DNA of 37,653 nt from Arachidicoccus sp. (GTDB taxonomy: Bacteria > Bacteroidota > Bacteroidia > Chitinophagales > Chitinophagaceae), in contig DATJDF010000259.1 of the NCBI GenBank assembly GCA_035497555.1, forward strand, positions 1 to 37,653, written 5' to 3'. Within the stretch, counting starts at the first letter, position 1; the number at the start of each line of letters is the position of its first letter. A model generated the notes under the pieces. That model was not told the DNA's origin, made no database searches, and was given only the letters and a program-made list of their open reading frames with translations. This document shows positions 1 to 9,972 of the stretch, piece after piece. The translations under genes were made by a program, and so were the position numbers.

Positions 1-2409
1 AATAATACTTTTGATAAAGATGGTAATTTGAATTTGGTGTTGGATCCTAGAGAGAATGGGAGCTGGGGACCGGCTTTTACAGGAGAAGTACAAGAATGGG
101 GGCAGTCCATTGACGGCAAACGTCTGACTAAGCCGTATTCCGCACTACCCGATAATATTCGGAACTTCTTTTCAACAGGATTCGCAACAAATAATAATGT
201 ATCACTTGCCTCGGGTAATGAAAAAACCAGTTACTACTTAGGCTTAAACTCCCTTAATTCAAATGGTATTTATCCAGGAGATGCAGATTCCTATAATAAA
301 TACAGTGTCAGGTTTAATGGCAAAGCACAGTTGTCGAATAAATTCTATTCAAATCTGTCCTTAAATTATAGTAAAATTCATCAGAATCAAATTGGTGGCG
401 GCCAAGGCGCAGGATCCGTATTAAGTAATTTATATCAGACGGCAAGAGGTATTCCTATTGATAAAATGGGTGATCTGAATAATAAATATTATGGTTACGG
501 GTATACGGACAAAGATGGTGTACCACATCCTGACCAATATGGATATTACGGTGTTTATACTGTGAGCCCCTATTATTTATTGAAGAATTATAAGAATCTG
601 GATGACGTAGATAGAATTACAGGAAGTTTTACAATCGGCTATAATCCTACTTCCTGGTTAAATATCGTAGAAAGAGTCGGAACTGATTTTTATACCGATA
701 GAAGAAGATTCCTTGCGCCTAAATATGATTTCATACCTATTGATCCGGGAACATCAGGTTGGTATGATCCAGTTCAGAACCTGCAGACAAGTAATGGGTT
801 ATATTCAGAAAATACCTTGACAGTTGCAGAAATTAATCATGATCTGATGATCACCGCTTCTCATGATTTTAATGAAGATTTTAAAGGTTCATTAATGGTT
901 GGTAATAATATAAGGCAAAGAACCTCTACAAATAACTTTACCTCCACCAACCAAAGCTCGGGTCTTATCGTGCCAGGTTGGTATAATTTTGGAAATAGTA
1001 ATGGACCCATTTATGCAACAAATGATCGGTCGACTAAAAGGTTGGTAGGATTGTATGCAGATTTAAACCTGGCCTATAAAGACTTATTATTTTTAGATGC
1101 GACAGCACGAAATGACTGGTCTTCCACTTTACCAATCGGAAACAATTCATTCTTTTATCCAAGTGTAAGCGGATCATTTATTTTTACAGAATTAACAAAA
1201 GGCAGTGGGTTTAATAATATCGTCAATTATGGAAAATTAAGAGCAAGCTGGGCACAGGTCGGTAATGATGCGGATCCTTTCTTATTAACGACGACCTATG
1301 ATGCGGCTTCAGTATTTGATGGATTTGCATCTACGCAATTTCCATTTAATGGCATTCCAGGATTGATGGTTGGATCAACTATTGGTAATCCGGACCTAAA
1401 ACCCGAGATTACGACCTCATATGAAATAGGAACAGAATTATCATTCTTAAATAGTCGTTTGTCTTTAGATTTTAGTTATTACACAAATAAATCCAAGAAT
1501 CAGATCTTAAAGATACCGATGCCCAATTCTACGGGTTATGGATTTAAGGTTGTCAATGCAGGTGTAATCAGAAATCAGGGTATTGAATTGAGCCTGAGAG
1601 GCACGCCAATAAAAACAGCCAACTTTGCTCTTGAATTATTCGGGACCTACTACAAGAACAAAAGTGAAGTATTGTCTTTAATGGATGGCGTTTCCCAAGT
1701 TACGATTGGCGGCTTAAACGGCATGGCCATTGTTGCGGCAGTTGGACATCCTTACGGAGAATTTTATGCGATTACAAATCAGACAGATGGAAAAGGACAT
1801 ACAGTCGTAAGCCAGGATAATGGCATACCACTCCAGACTGCAAGCGCACAATATTTGGGTAGTTATAATCCAGACTACCAAGCCTCTTTTGGCGGTAAGG
1901 CAACGTATAAAAACTGGGCGCTCGGATTTCTATTAGATACCAAACAGGGCGGTGTGTTTTACAGCCAGACAAAAAGTTATACAGAATTTAATGGTACAGC
2001 TTTAGAGACCGGAGGTGAACGTAATCCACAGATTTGGCCGGGATCTGTTATTAATACCGGAACTGCAGAAGCACCGGTTTATGAACCCAATACCTCTGCT
2101 AAATATATTAAACAAATGTATTATGGTAGCTATATTCCGGCAGGAATGGATATCCTTGATGGGTCTTTTGTAAAACTTCGTACTTTATCACTTGATTATC
2201 AGGTTGCCAAATCTGCATTGGAACATACACCCTTTGGATCCTTGACCATTGGATTATATGGAAATAATCTGTTTATTTGGACACCAAATGGTAACCAGTA
2301 TGTAGATCCGGAAATGAATTCATCTGGTTCTGGTAACGAGCAGGGTTTTGATTTTGCAGCTCAACCCTCGGTGCGTAATTATGGAGTAAATGTTAAGGTA
2401 ACCTTCTAA
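1..2409 (+). CDS. susC: SusC/RagA family TonB-dependent outer membrane transporter (5' end outside window)
   Basis: Frame is open from base 1. SusC barrel motifs ARNDWSSTLP, FFYPSVSGS, GKLRASWAQVGND, GNPDLKPE, SFVKLR; C-terminal Phe (VNVKVTF). Confidence 0.95.
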   Translation, partial: NNTFDKDGNLNLVLDPRENGSWGPAFTGEVQEWGQSIDGKRLTKPYSALPDNIRNFFSTGFATNNNVSLASGNEKTSYYLGLNSLNSNGIYPGDADSYNKYSVRFNGKAQLSNKFYSNLSLNYSKIHQNQIGGGQGAGSVLSNLYQTARGIPIDKMGDLNNKYYGYGYTDKDGVPHPDQYGYYGVYTVSPYYLLKNYKNLDDVDRITGSFTIGYNPTSWLNIVERVGTDFYTDRRRFLAPKYDFIPIDPGTSGWYDPVQNLQTSNGLYSENTLTVAEINHDLMITASHDFNEDFKGSLMVGNNIRQRTSTNNFTSTNQSSGLIVPGWYNFGNSNGPIYATNDRSTKRLVGLYADLNLAYKDLLFLDATARNDWSSTLPIGNNSFFYPSVSGSFIFTELTKGSGFNNIVNYGKLRASWAQVGNDADPFLLTTTYDAASVFDGFASTQFPFNGIPGLMVGSTIGNPDLKPEITTSYEIGTELSFLNSRLSLDFSYYTNKSKNQILKIPMPNSTGYGFKVVNAGVIRNQGIELSLRGTPIKTANFALELFGTYYKNKSEVLSLMDGVSQVTIGGLNGMAIVAAVGHPYGEFYAITNQTDGKGHTVVSQDNGIPLQTASAQYLGSYNPDYQASFGGKATYKNWALGFLLDTKQGGVFYSQTKSYTEFNGTALETGGERNPQIWPGSVINTGTAEAPVYEPNTSAKYIKQMYYGSYIPAGMDILDGSFVKLRTLSLDYQVAKSALEHTPFGSLTIGLYGNNLFIWTPNGNQYVDPEMNSSGSGNEQGFDFAAQPSVRNYGVNVKVTF

Positions 2410-2412
2410 AAC

Positions 2413-3873
2413 ATGAAAATGATGAATAAGTTTCAAAAAAATAGCAGGCTTGTATTTCTTGGAATGATTTGCCTCGCAATGATTTGCATTTCTGGATGCA
2501 GCAAGTTTTTGGATGTGAATCAGAATCCGAATAACCCTGAATCCGCCACACCCAATTTGCTATTACCAACTGCCCAAGTTGCGCTTGGGGCAACCGTAGG
2601 TAGCAGTTTTCAGGTTTATGGATCAATTTTGTCTCAATATTGGACGCAAAGCCCAAGTGCATCTCAATATAAAACAATTGAACAATACGCATTTTCTAAT
2701 GCTGGATTTAATTATCCCTGGGTATATCTTTACAGAGATGCTTTGATCAATTTACAATTAATAATTGATAACAGCAATGAGCATCAACAGCAATATGCGG
2801 CTATCGCCTATATATTGAAAGCCTATGGTTTGCAATTGACAACTGATGCATTTGGTGATGTGCCAAATAGCACCGCCTTAAAAGGTGAAGGAAGTCCTAC
2901 TTATGATAAGCAAGAGCTTATTTACGATAGTATTTTCACCTATATAAATAAAGGAAGGGCGATGTTGGATAATTCTAGTCCTGAAAAACCTGGATCGGAA
3001 GATGTTGTATTTCAAGGGAATATGGATAATTGGATAAAATTTGCAAATACCTTAGCGCTTAGAGCCTACATGCGGCTTTCCGAGGTGGATGCGGAAAAAG
3101 CGGAAAAAGGAATAGCAGCATTATATAGCAGTAAAGCGGAATTTCTGGACGTAGACGCCAAAATTAATTATTCAACCACGGGGGGAAACCAGAATCCGTT
3201 ATACATTAATATGGTGGGCCTTGGCAAAGCACAGAATTTAGTAGCTAGCAGCACAGTCATAAATCGATTTATTTTAAACAAAGATCCAAGAAGATTTGTA
3301 CTTTATAATTTATTGTCCGGTACCAAGGAAATTACAGCGATCGCACAAGGAGATTATGATGCAAACGGTGAGAAAAAGGTTTCACCTCCATCGGCTTTAG
3401 TAGGGGCAAATGCGCAAGATGACGCTTCAGCTTTAGCTCCGGTAAGGCTTATTTCAGCATCAGAGAGTTATTTCTTACAAGCAGAAGCAGTCGCAAGAGG
3501 TTGGGGAAGCGGTACTTTGTCAGCAAAGAATTTATTTGATAAAGGAATTGAAGCGAGTTTTGCGGCAGATGGCTTGGCCGACAGTGCCAAAGCATATATA
3601 GCAAAGGCTCCTGATGCACAATTCCCAAGTTCATCCGATGCTCAAATCAAATCGATTATTACACAAAAGTATTACGCAATGTGTGGTTCTCAAGGATTTG
3701 AAGCCTGGACAGAATGGAGAAGAACAGGTTTTCCCGATTTTTTTGTAAAATCAATTGCGGCGGGTAAATTACCATTCCCGCTCAGGTTTCTTTATCCAAA
3801 TTCGGAGGTCACCAGTAATTTGAATTATCCTGGAACGGTTCCACAAACAACCGCAGTTTGGTGGGATAAATAG
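2413..3873 (+). CDS. susD: SusD/RagB family (SusD-like_2) nutrient-binding lipoprotein
   Basis: Starts 3 nt after susC; lipobox-like ISGC; motifs LTTDAFGDVP, WIKFANTL, IITQKY, EAWTEWRRTG, VWWDK. Confidence 0.93.
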   Translation: MKMMNKFQKNSRLVFLGMICLAMICISGCSKFLDVNQNPNNPESATPNLLLPTAQVALGATVGSSFQVYGSILSQYWTQSPSASQYKTIEQYAFSNAGFNYPWVYLYRDALINLQLIIDNSNEHQQQYAAIAYILKAYGLQLTTDAFGDVPNSTALKGEGSPTYDKQELIYDSIFTYINKGRAMLDNSSPEKPGSEDVVFQGNMDNWIKFANTLALRAYMRLSEVDAEKAEKGIAALYSSKAEFLDVDAKINYSTTGGNQNPLYINMVGLGKAQNLVASSTVINRFILNKDPRRFVLYNLLSGTKEITAIAQGDYDANGEKKVSPPSALVGANAQDDASALAPVRLISASESYFLQAEAVARGWGSGTLSAKNLFDKGIEASFAADGLADSAKAYIAKAPDAQFPSSSDAQIKSIITQKYYAMCGSQGFEAWTEWRRTGFPDFFVKSIAAGKLPFPLRFLYPNSEVTSNLNYPGTVPQTTAVWWDK

Positions 3874-3907
3874 AGAGTACTGGTTTAAATTAATCCCGGC
3901 ATAAAAG

Positions 3908-3953
3908 TAAAAAAGCAAAAGCAGTATAAATTTATACTGCTTTTGCTTTTTTA
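3908..3953. terminator. Perfect 46-bp palindrome, probable bidirectional intrinsic terminator
   Basis: TAAAAAAGCAAAAGCAGTATAAA followed directly by its exact reverse complement, 34 nt after the susD stop; T-run on both strands. Confidence 0.85.
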
Positions 3954-4323
3954 TTTGCCCATTCCAGGCCTGGTTACACAGTTAAATCTCCTCTCATTTC
4001 ATGAGTCCCATGATTAATGATTGCCTGGTCTTTAAAGAGTTAACTTTTTGGATAACAAATATTATACAATCTTTAACAAATAATTTAAAGTAAAAAAAAG
4101 AAATAGTAATCTTAAGGCGTGTAAGCGAGAAAAGCCCATAAACCCAATCTAAATAATAGGCTATAAATTGCTATAATTATATATAACACTTTGCCATATT
4201 TGTAGGTTTTTAGCCAAATCCTTTACCAGTTAGGATCAAAGCTGCAAATTCCCAACGGAACTCTAACAAACGTTAATTATCTAAAATCTTTAACGTAATT
4301 TCACTATGTTAATCAAGCAGAAC

Positions 4324-4355
4324 AACAATTTGAGCCAAGCTTGAATTGTTTTTTT
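4324..4355 (+). promoter_or_regulatory. Hairpin plus U-tract in the leader of the second susC (possible attenuator)
   Basis: AACAATTTGAGC-CAA-GCTTGAATTGTT (12 pairs, 2 G:U) followed by TTTTT, about 65 nt before ATG 4421. Confidence 0.35.
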
Positions 4356-4420
4356 GTTTCTTTATCAAGATGGCTAACAAAGGTTTGTTGGCAAAATCTA
4401 TTTTTTAAAAAAACAAGTAC

Positions 4421-7400
4421 ATGAGACAAAAATTATTATTACTATTCTGTTTCAGCCTCTTTATGTTCGCAAATAAACTATTTGCACAGGAGAAGCTGAT
4501 TACAGGAACAGTAAAAAATGAAATTGGGGAGGCAATCCCCTCTGCTTCCATTACAATTGTGGGAACAACCAAAGGCACTATTACTGATATGAATGGTGCA
4601 TTTAAAATTGGCGTTACATCTAGTGATGTTTTGGAAATTAGCGCCTTAAATTACCAGACTGCAAGGATTAAAGTAAATGACCAAAATTCTATTGAAGTTG
4701 TATTAAAACCCGGGGAAGAGAGCCTTTTAAGTGATGTTGTGGTAACAGCCTTGGGAATTAAAAGGTCGAAGAGTGATTTGCCTTATGCGGTGCAACAAGT
4801 AGACGGCGAACATTTTACAGAGACAAGGCAAAGTAATTTTACCAATGCATTGACCGGGCAGGTTGCTGGTTTGCAGATTAAACAAAATAACAATCTAGGG
4901 GGGTCCACAGATGTTGTGTTAAGAGGGTATAAATCTTTGACAGGAAATAACCAGGCATTATTTGTAATTGACGGTGTACCTATTGATAATGCAAATACTA
5001 ATTCTTCAGATCAAAAAAATGGTTTTGCAGGGTATGATTATGGTAATGCGGCCGCGGATATTAACCCGGACGATATTGCTTCCGTAACCGTGCTCAAAGG
5101 TGCAGCCGCCACAGCTCTATACGGTTCACGTGCCGCAAATGGCGTCATTTTAATCAATACAAAAAAGCCGTCCAAACCCGGAATTGGGGTAATGGTAAAT
5201 TTCGGGGTCACCACCGGTTCAATGGATAAATCTACCTTCCCTGTCTATCAAAATAAATATGGGTCAGGCTATGTTGATTTCAAGTACAATACTTATTCTG
5301 ATGGGGACCATCCAGGGCTTTATTATTATGATGCTAATGGAGACGGGATAGAAGATTTCGTAGTTCCGTCTGGTGATGACGCGTCTTTTGGAGAAGCATT
5401 TGACCCAAGTTTGAATGTTATGCAATGGCCATCGGCAGATCCGAATAGTCCAAATTTTGGAAAAGCTACTCCATGGGTTGCTGCTAAAAATGGTCCAGCC
5501 TCTTTTTTCATAAACCCGTGGTCAAATAGTACAAGTATATTAATGACTGCATCAAATGAAAAAGGCGGATTTAAAATGGGCTATACGAGGAACCAGGATA
5601 AAGGTATAATGGTTAATTCTAATCTGATTAAGGACGCTTTGAATTTAGGGGCCTCATATAAACTAACAGATAAATTGGTCGCAGAAGGAACAGTAGACTA
5701 TACTAAAGTCAGGGGCCGTGGCCGTTATGGGAATGGATATGGCGATCCCTCGAGTATTGCCTCAAATTTTAGAGAATGGTGGGAAACCAATGTGGATGTT
5801 AAAGAATTGGAAGATGCCTATTTTCGAAACGGGAAGGCTAATGTCGGATGGAATATGAAAAGTATTCCCGACAATACTAATCCTGCTTATTGGGATAATC
5901 CATATTTTTCAAGGTATCAAAATTACGAAACGGATGAAAGGAACAGATATATTGGCCATCTTAGTTTAAGTTATCAATTGACGAATTGGTTAAATATCAT
6001 GGGCCGAGTATCTCTTGATCATTATGATGAACTCCAGGAGGAAAGAACCGCTACAGGGTCTCTAAACCCATCTGCGTATACCAGGTTTAATCATACATTC
6101 AGTGAATACAATTATGATATCTTAGCTACTGTAAATAAAGAATTGAATGAGAATTTTAAATTAAATGCATTATTGGGAGGAAATATTAGAAGGACCACAA
6201 ATGAATCTATTTTTGCTTCAACAAATGGTGGCATAGTTGTACCGGGTTGGTATGCATTAGCCAATTCATTAAATCCTATTGAGCCACCTACCGAAACTTT
6301 GTCTACAATCCAGGTAAATGGTCTATTTGCGGGTGCTACACTTTCTTACAGAAATATGCTCATTTTAGATGTATCCGGCAGAAATGATATATCATCGACT
6401 TTACCGAAGGATAAAAATAGTTTCATTTATGGATCAGTTTCGGGAAGTTTCGTCTTCTCAAAATTGATGGAAGATGCAACCTGGCTGAATAATGGTAAAT
6501 TAAGAGTTAACTACGCTTCTGTTGGTAACAGTGCTCCTTTTGCATCTCTAGTGGATGTGTATAGCAAACCAACTGCATTTGGCTCAATTCCTCTATTCGG
6601 TCTTTCAACAACAAAAAACAATCCAGCACTTAAACCAGAAAGAACCAACAGCTTTGAAGTCGGGCTAAATATGGCGATGCTTAACAATAGAGTCGGATTT
6701 GATATCACCTATTATAAAACAAGTTCAATTGATCAAATTATGCCGGTTGCCATCTCTGATGCAACTGGTTATGGATTCAAGTATGTTAATGCCGGTGAGA
6801 TTCAAAATAAAGGGATAGAATTGACGGTTAATTTAACACCTGTTCGAAACAAAGATTTCAGTTGGGACATGAACTTAAACTGGACAAGAAACAGAAATGA
6901 GGTAGTTTCCTTATTTGAAGATAATACAAATCTTGAAATTGGAAGAGTCCAGGGCGGGGTATCGATAAATGCTACCGTTGGACAGCCCTTTGGAACGATA
7001 AGAGGTAGCGATTTCATTTATTATGGTGCTGATCCTGATCAAACAGTGGCCGGTGCTAAAGGGCAACACGTGATTTTAGCGAGTGGTGATCCGGATGTAT
7101 CCGGAAGTAATGAAGTTATAGGCGATATTAATCCAGACTGGTTGGGTGGCATTAATAATACTTTCAAGTACAGAAATTTATCATTAAGCTTTTTGATTGA
7201 TATTAAACAAGGTGGTGATGTATTTTCCATTGATCAATGGTATGGTCAGGGAACAGGCTTATATGAGAATACTGCTGGATTAAACGATAAGGGGAATCCG
7301 ATGCGGGATCCTGTAGCTGATGGCGGTGGTATATTAAATCCGGGTGTTACGGCCGACGGGCAACCAAATACAACTTATGCCGAAGTTACTGGTCTACGTG

Positions 7401-7690
7401 GTTTAGGTTATAATGCAATGCCAAATAAAGCCTTTGTTTATGATGCGAGTTATGTTAAACTAAGAAATGTTTCAATTGCTTATAATTTTCCAAGAGAATG
7501 GTTCCAAAAGACAAATTTTGTCAAGGACGTCACCTTATCTCTTTTCGGTAGAAACCTTTGGATAATCCATAAGAATTTGCCTTATGCGGATCCAGAAGAC
7601 GGGTCAAGCTCTGGCAATATTCAGGGATTCCAGGTGGGGTCATATCCTACTTATAGAATGTATGGGTTTAATCTGAACGTTAAATTTTAA
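4421..7690 (+). CDS. susC: SusC/RagA family TonB-dependent transporter
   Basis: Signal peptide, N-terminal extension, VVVTALGIKR, plug motif DINPDDIASVTVLKGAAATALYGSRAANGVILI, C-terminal LNVKF. Confidence 0.97.
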   Translation: MRQKLLLLFCFSLFMFANKLFAQEKLITGTVKNEIGEAIPSASITIVGTTKGTITDMNGAFKIGVTSSDVLEISALNYQTARIKVNDQNSIEVVLKPGEESLLSDVVVTALGIKRSKSDLPYAVQQVDGEHFTETRQSNFTNALTGQVAGLQIKQNNNLGGSTDVVLRGYKSLTGNNQALFVIDGVPIDNANTNSSDQKNGFAGYDYGNAAADINPDDIASVTVLKGAAATALYGSRAANGVILINTKKPSKPGIGVMVNFGVTTGSMDKSTFPVYQNKYGSGYVDFKYNTYSDGDHPGLYYYDANGDGIEDFVVPSGDDASFGEAFDPSLNVMQWPSADPNSPNFGKATPWVAAKNGPASFFINPWSNSTSILMTASNEKGGFKMGYTRNQDKGIMVNSNLIKDALNLGASYKLTDKLVAEGTVDYTKVRGRGRYGNGYGDPSSIASNFREWWETNVDVKELEDAYFRNGKANVGWNMKSIPDNTNPAYWDNPYFSRYQNYETDERNRYIGHLSLSYQLTNWLNIMGRVSLDHYDELQEERTATGSLNPSAYTRFNHTFSEYNYDILATVNKELNENFKLNALLGGNIRRTTNESIFASTNGGIVVPGWYALANSLNPIEPPTETLSTIQVNGLFAGATLSYRNMLILDVSGRNDISSTLPKDKNSFIYGSVSGSFVFSKLMEDATWLNNGKLRVNYASVGNSAPFASLVDVYSKPTAFGSIPLFGLSTTKNNPALKPERTNSFEVGLNMAMLNNRVGFDITYYKTSSIDQIMPVAISDATGYGFKYVNAGEIQNKGIELTVNLTPVRNKDFSWDMNLNWTRNRNEVVSLFEDNTNLEIGRVQGGVSINATVGQPFGTIRGSDFIYYGADPDQTVAGAKGQHVILASGDPDVSGSNEVIGDINPDWLGGINNTFKYRNLSLSFLIDIKQGGDVFSIDQWYGQGTGLYENTAGLNDKGNPMRDPVADGGGILNPGVTADGQPNTTYAEVTGLRGLGYNAMPNKAFVYDASYVKLRNVSIAYNFPREWFQKTNFVKDVTLSLFGRNLWIIHKNLPYADPEDGSSSGNIQGFQVGSYPTYRMYGFNLNVKF

Positions 7691-7701
7691 ATAGTTTAAA
7701 A

Positions 7702-9159
7702 TTGAAAATAATGAAGAAATTATTAATAGCACTAACCATAATCGCTTCCATTGCAACTTATAGTTGCAGTAAAGATTTTGGTACGCTCAATAAAAATACA
7801 AAATTGCCAGAGACCGCGACAGGTGAAGCTGAGTTCTCAAATGCTCAAAAGGAATATGTCGATTTAATGGCAACACCGAATGTCAATACAAATATATTTG
7901 AGCTAATTACTCAATATTGGGCAGAAACCCAGTATCCACAAGAAAGCCAATATGAATTGACAGAAAGAAATATTGCCAGAAATTGGTGGAGTACACTATA
8001 CCGAAATGTTATTGCAAATACACAAGACGCAATAAAACTGATTAAAACAGAAGTAACACCATTGCCAGCAGATGTAAAGGTGCAAAGCAATAAAGTCGCA
8101 ATATGCCAAATTTTATATGCAAAAGCTTATTCGGACTTAGTTGTCACTTTTGGTGATATTCCTTATACAGATGCTATATCAATTGAGCAAACTTCTACGC
8201 CAAAGTATGATAATCAAAAGACAGTGTATTATGCTATCATAGATACCCTGAATAAGGCTCTGTCAACATTAGACATTGATTATGAGGCGATGGGGACACA
8301 GGATCTATTTTATAACGGGGATGTCGCTAAGTGGATAAAATTAGGCAATTCAATAAAAATGTATTTAGGGTTACTCATTTATGATGTGGATCCAGCTAAG
8401 GCTACAGCAATGGTTAAAGAAGCATCAGCCAAAGCATTTGAATCAAATGAAGACAACACGATATTGCATTATCTTCCTGCGCCACCCAATACAAACCCAA
8501 TCTGGGTTAATTTGGTGCAAGGAGGACGTGATGACTTTATTCCTACAAATACACTTGTTAATTTAATGAATGGATTGAATGATCCAAGAAGGGATATTTA
8601 TTTTGCAAATAAAATTGGTGGTAAATATGTCGGCGGCGTCTCCGGTACAGGGAACACCTATAAAAATTTCTCCCACCCTGGGGACGGCTTAAAAGAACCG
8701 ACTTATCCTTTTACGATCTTTGATTATGCACAGGTTGAGTTTTTGCGTGCTGAAGCGATTGAAAGAGGCATTGCGGTTGGTGGAACAGCTGCAGGACATT
8801 ATTCAAATGCAGTTACTGCCTCTATTTTAGCATGGGGTGGTTCATCTGCTCAGGCAACTACGTATTTACTTCAACCTTCTGTTAACTATTTGACCGCCAC
8901 AGGCAATTGGAAACAGAAGATTGGAACACAGTCCTGGATCCATTTTTACCTACGTGGATTTGATTCCTGGACGCAACAAAGAAAACTGGATTTTCCTAAA
9001 TTGATTGTTCCTGAGTTAGCCGTTTCGGGTTATCCGGTACGTTATACCTACCCTCAGAATGAATATACCTTAAACGAAGCAAATGTTACTGAAGCTTCTG
9101 CCAATCTTGGTAGCGGAGGCGATAAAGTAGAAACAAAGCTTTTCTGGGATAAAAACTAA
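7702..9159 (+). CDS. susD: SusD/RagB family lipoprotein (ATG at 7711 may be the true start)
   Basis: Lipobox-like TYSC; motifs TFGDIPY, WIKLGNSIK, IGTQSW, LFWDK; follows susC. Confidence 0.93.
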   Translation: MKIMKKLLIALTIIASIATYSCSKDFGTLNKNTKLPETATGEAEFSNAQKEYVDLMATPNVNTNIFELITQYWAETQYPQESQYELTERNIARNWWSTLYRNVIANTQDAIKLIKTEVTPLPADVKVQSNKVAICQILYAKAYSDLVVTFGDIPYTDAISIEQTSTPKYDNQKTVYYAIIDTLNKALSTLDIDYEAMGTQDLFYNGDVAKWIKLGNSIKMYLGLLIYDVDPAKATAMVKEASAKAFESNEDNTILHYLPAPPNTNPIWVNLVQGGRDDFIPTNTLVNLMNGLNDPRRDIYFANKIGGKYVGGVSGTGNTYKNFSHPGDGLKEPTYPFTIFDYAQVEFLRAEAIERGIAVGGTAAGHYSNAVTASILAWGGSSAQATTYLLQPSVNYLTATGNWKQKIGTQSWIHFYLRGFDSWTQQRKLDFPKLIVPELAVSGYPVRYTYPQNEYTLNEANVTEASANLGSGGDKVETKLFWDKN

Positions 9160-9183
9160 TAATAATTGGGTTTTTAGAATAAT

Positions 9184-9220
9184 AACCCGCTCCTAATATT
9201 TAGGGGCGGGTTTTTTATTT
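9184..9220 (+). terminator. Rho-independent terminator
   Basis: AACCCGCTCCTA-ATATT-TAGGGGCGGGTT stem followed by TTTTATTT, after the susD stop. Confidence 0.85.
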
Positions 9221-9279
9221 TCATTATTCCATAGTATCTTGCCTATCGTAACAATTTCTGGTGAAATAATCGTTTAATT

Positions 9280-9972
9280 ATGGCAGAATCCGTCATTTCA
9301 ATTAGTAATGCCAATATCTATCAAGGCAATAACCTGATTTTGCAGGATGTTAACTTTAAGATAGAAAAGGGCGAATTCGTTTACTTAGTAGGTAAAACGG
9401 GCACCGGAAAGAGTTCTCTTTTAAAGACACTGTATGGTGAAATCCCTTTAAAAGAGGGAGAAGCTACGGTTGCCGGAACAGAAATTAAAGGTTTGACATG
9501 GAAAAGCGTTCCATTCCTCCGCCGGAAACTAGGTGTCGTATTTCAGGATTTTCATCTGTTAACAGACCGTAATGTATATGAGAATCTACGGTTTGTGTTA
9601 AGAGCGACAGGTTGGAAAGAAAAGCATCTTATTGATGAAAAAATCAATGATTCACTAGAAAAAGTTGGCTTAAAGGGTAAAGGATTTAAAATGCCCTATG
9701 AAATGAGTGGCGGGGAGCAACAACGTGTAGATATTGCCCGAGCGCTCCTGAATTCTCCAAAATTGATATTGGCAGATGAACCAACTGGAAATCTGGACCC
9801 GGAAACCAGTAACGGAATTATGCAGCTCCTTTTAAGCATTAGTAAAGATCTGGGTACAACTGTATTAATGGCCACACATGATTATGTCGTAATCAATCGA
9901 TATCCTTCCAGAATTTTGAAAACAGAACTTGGGAAGGTCCTGGATAGTGACGTGGTATTTGCTCAAAAATAA
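9280..9972 (+). CDS. ftsE: Cell division ABC ATPase FtsE
   Basis: Walker A GKTGTGKS, VPFLRRKLGVVFQDF, signature MSGGEQQRV, LADEPTGNLDPE, MATHD. Confidence 0.85.
   Translation: MAESVISISNANIYQGNNLILQDVNFKIEKGEFVYLVGKTGTGKSSLLKTLYGEIPLKEGEATVAGTEIKGLTWKSVPFLRRKLGVVFQDFHLLTDRNVYENLRFVLRATGWKEKHLIDEKINDSLEKVGLKGKGFKMPYEMSGGEQQRVDIARALLNSPKLILADEPTGNLDPETSNGIMQLLLSISKDLGTTVLMATHDYVVINRYPSRILKTELGKVLDSDVVFAQK

Noticed and set aside
9280-9972. ftsE without an adjacent ftsX
   Set aside because: To my knowledge the two are commonly unlinked in Bacteroidota, so this is not unusual.
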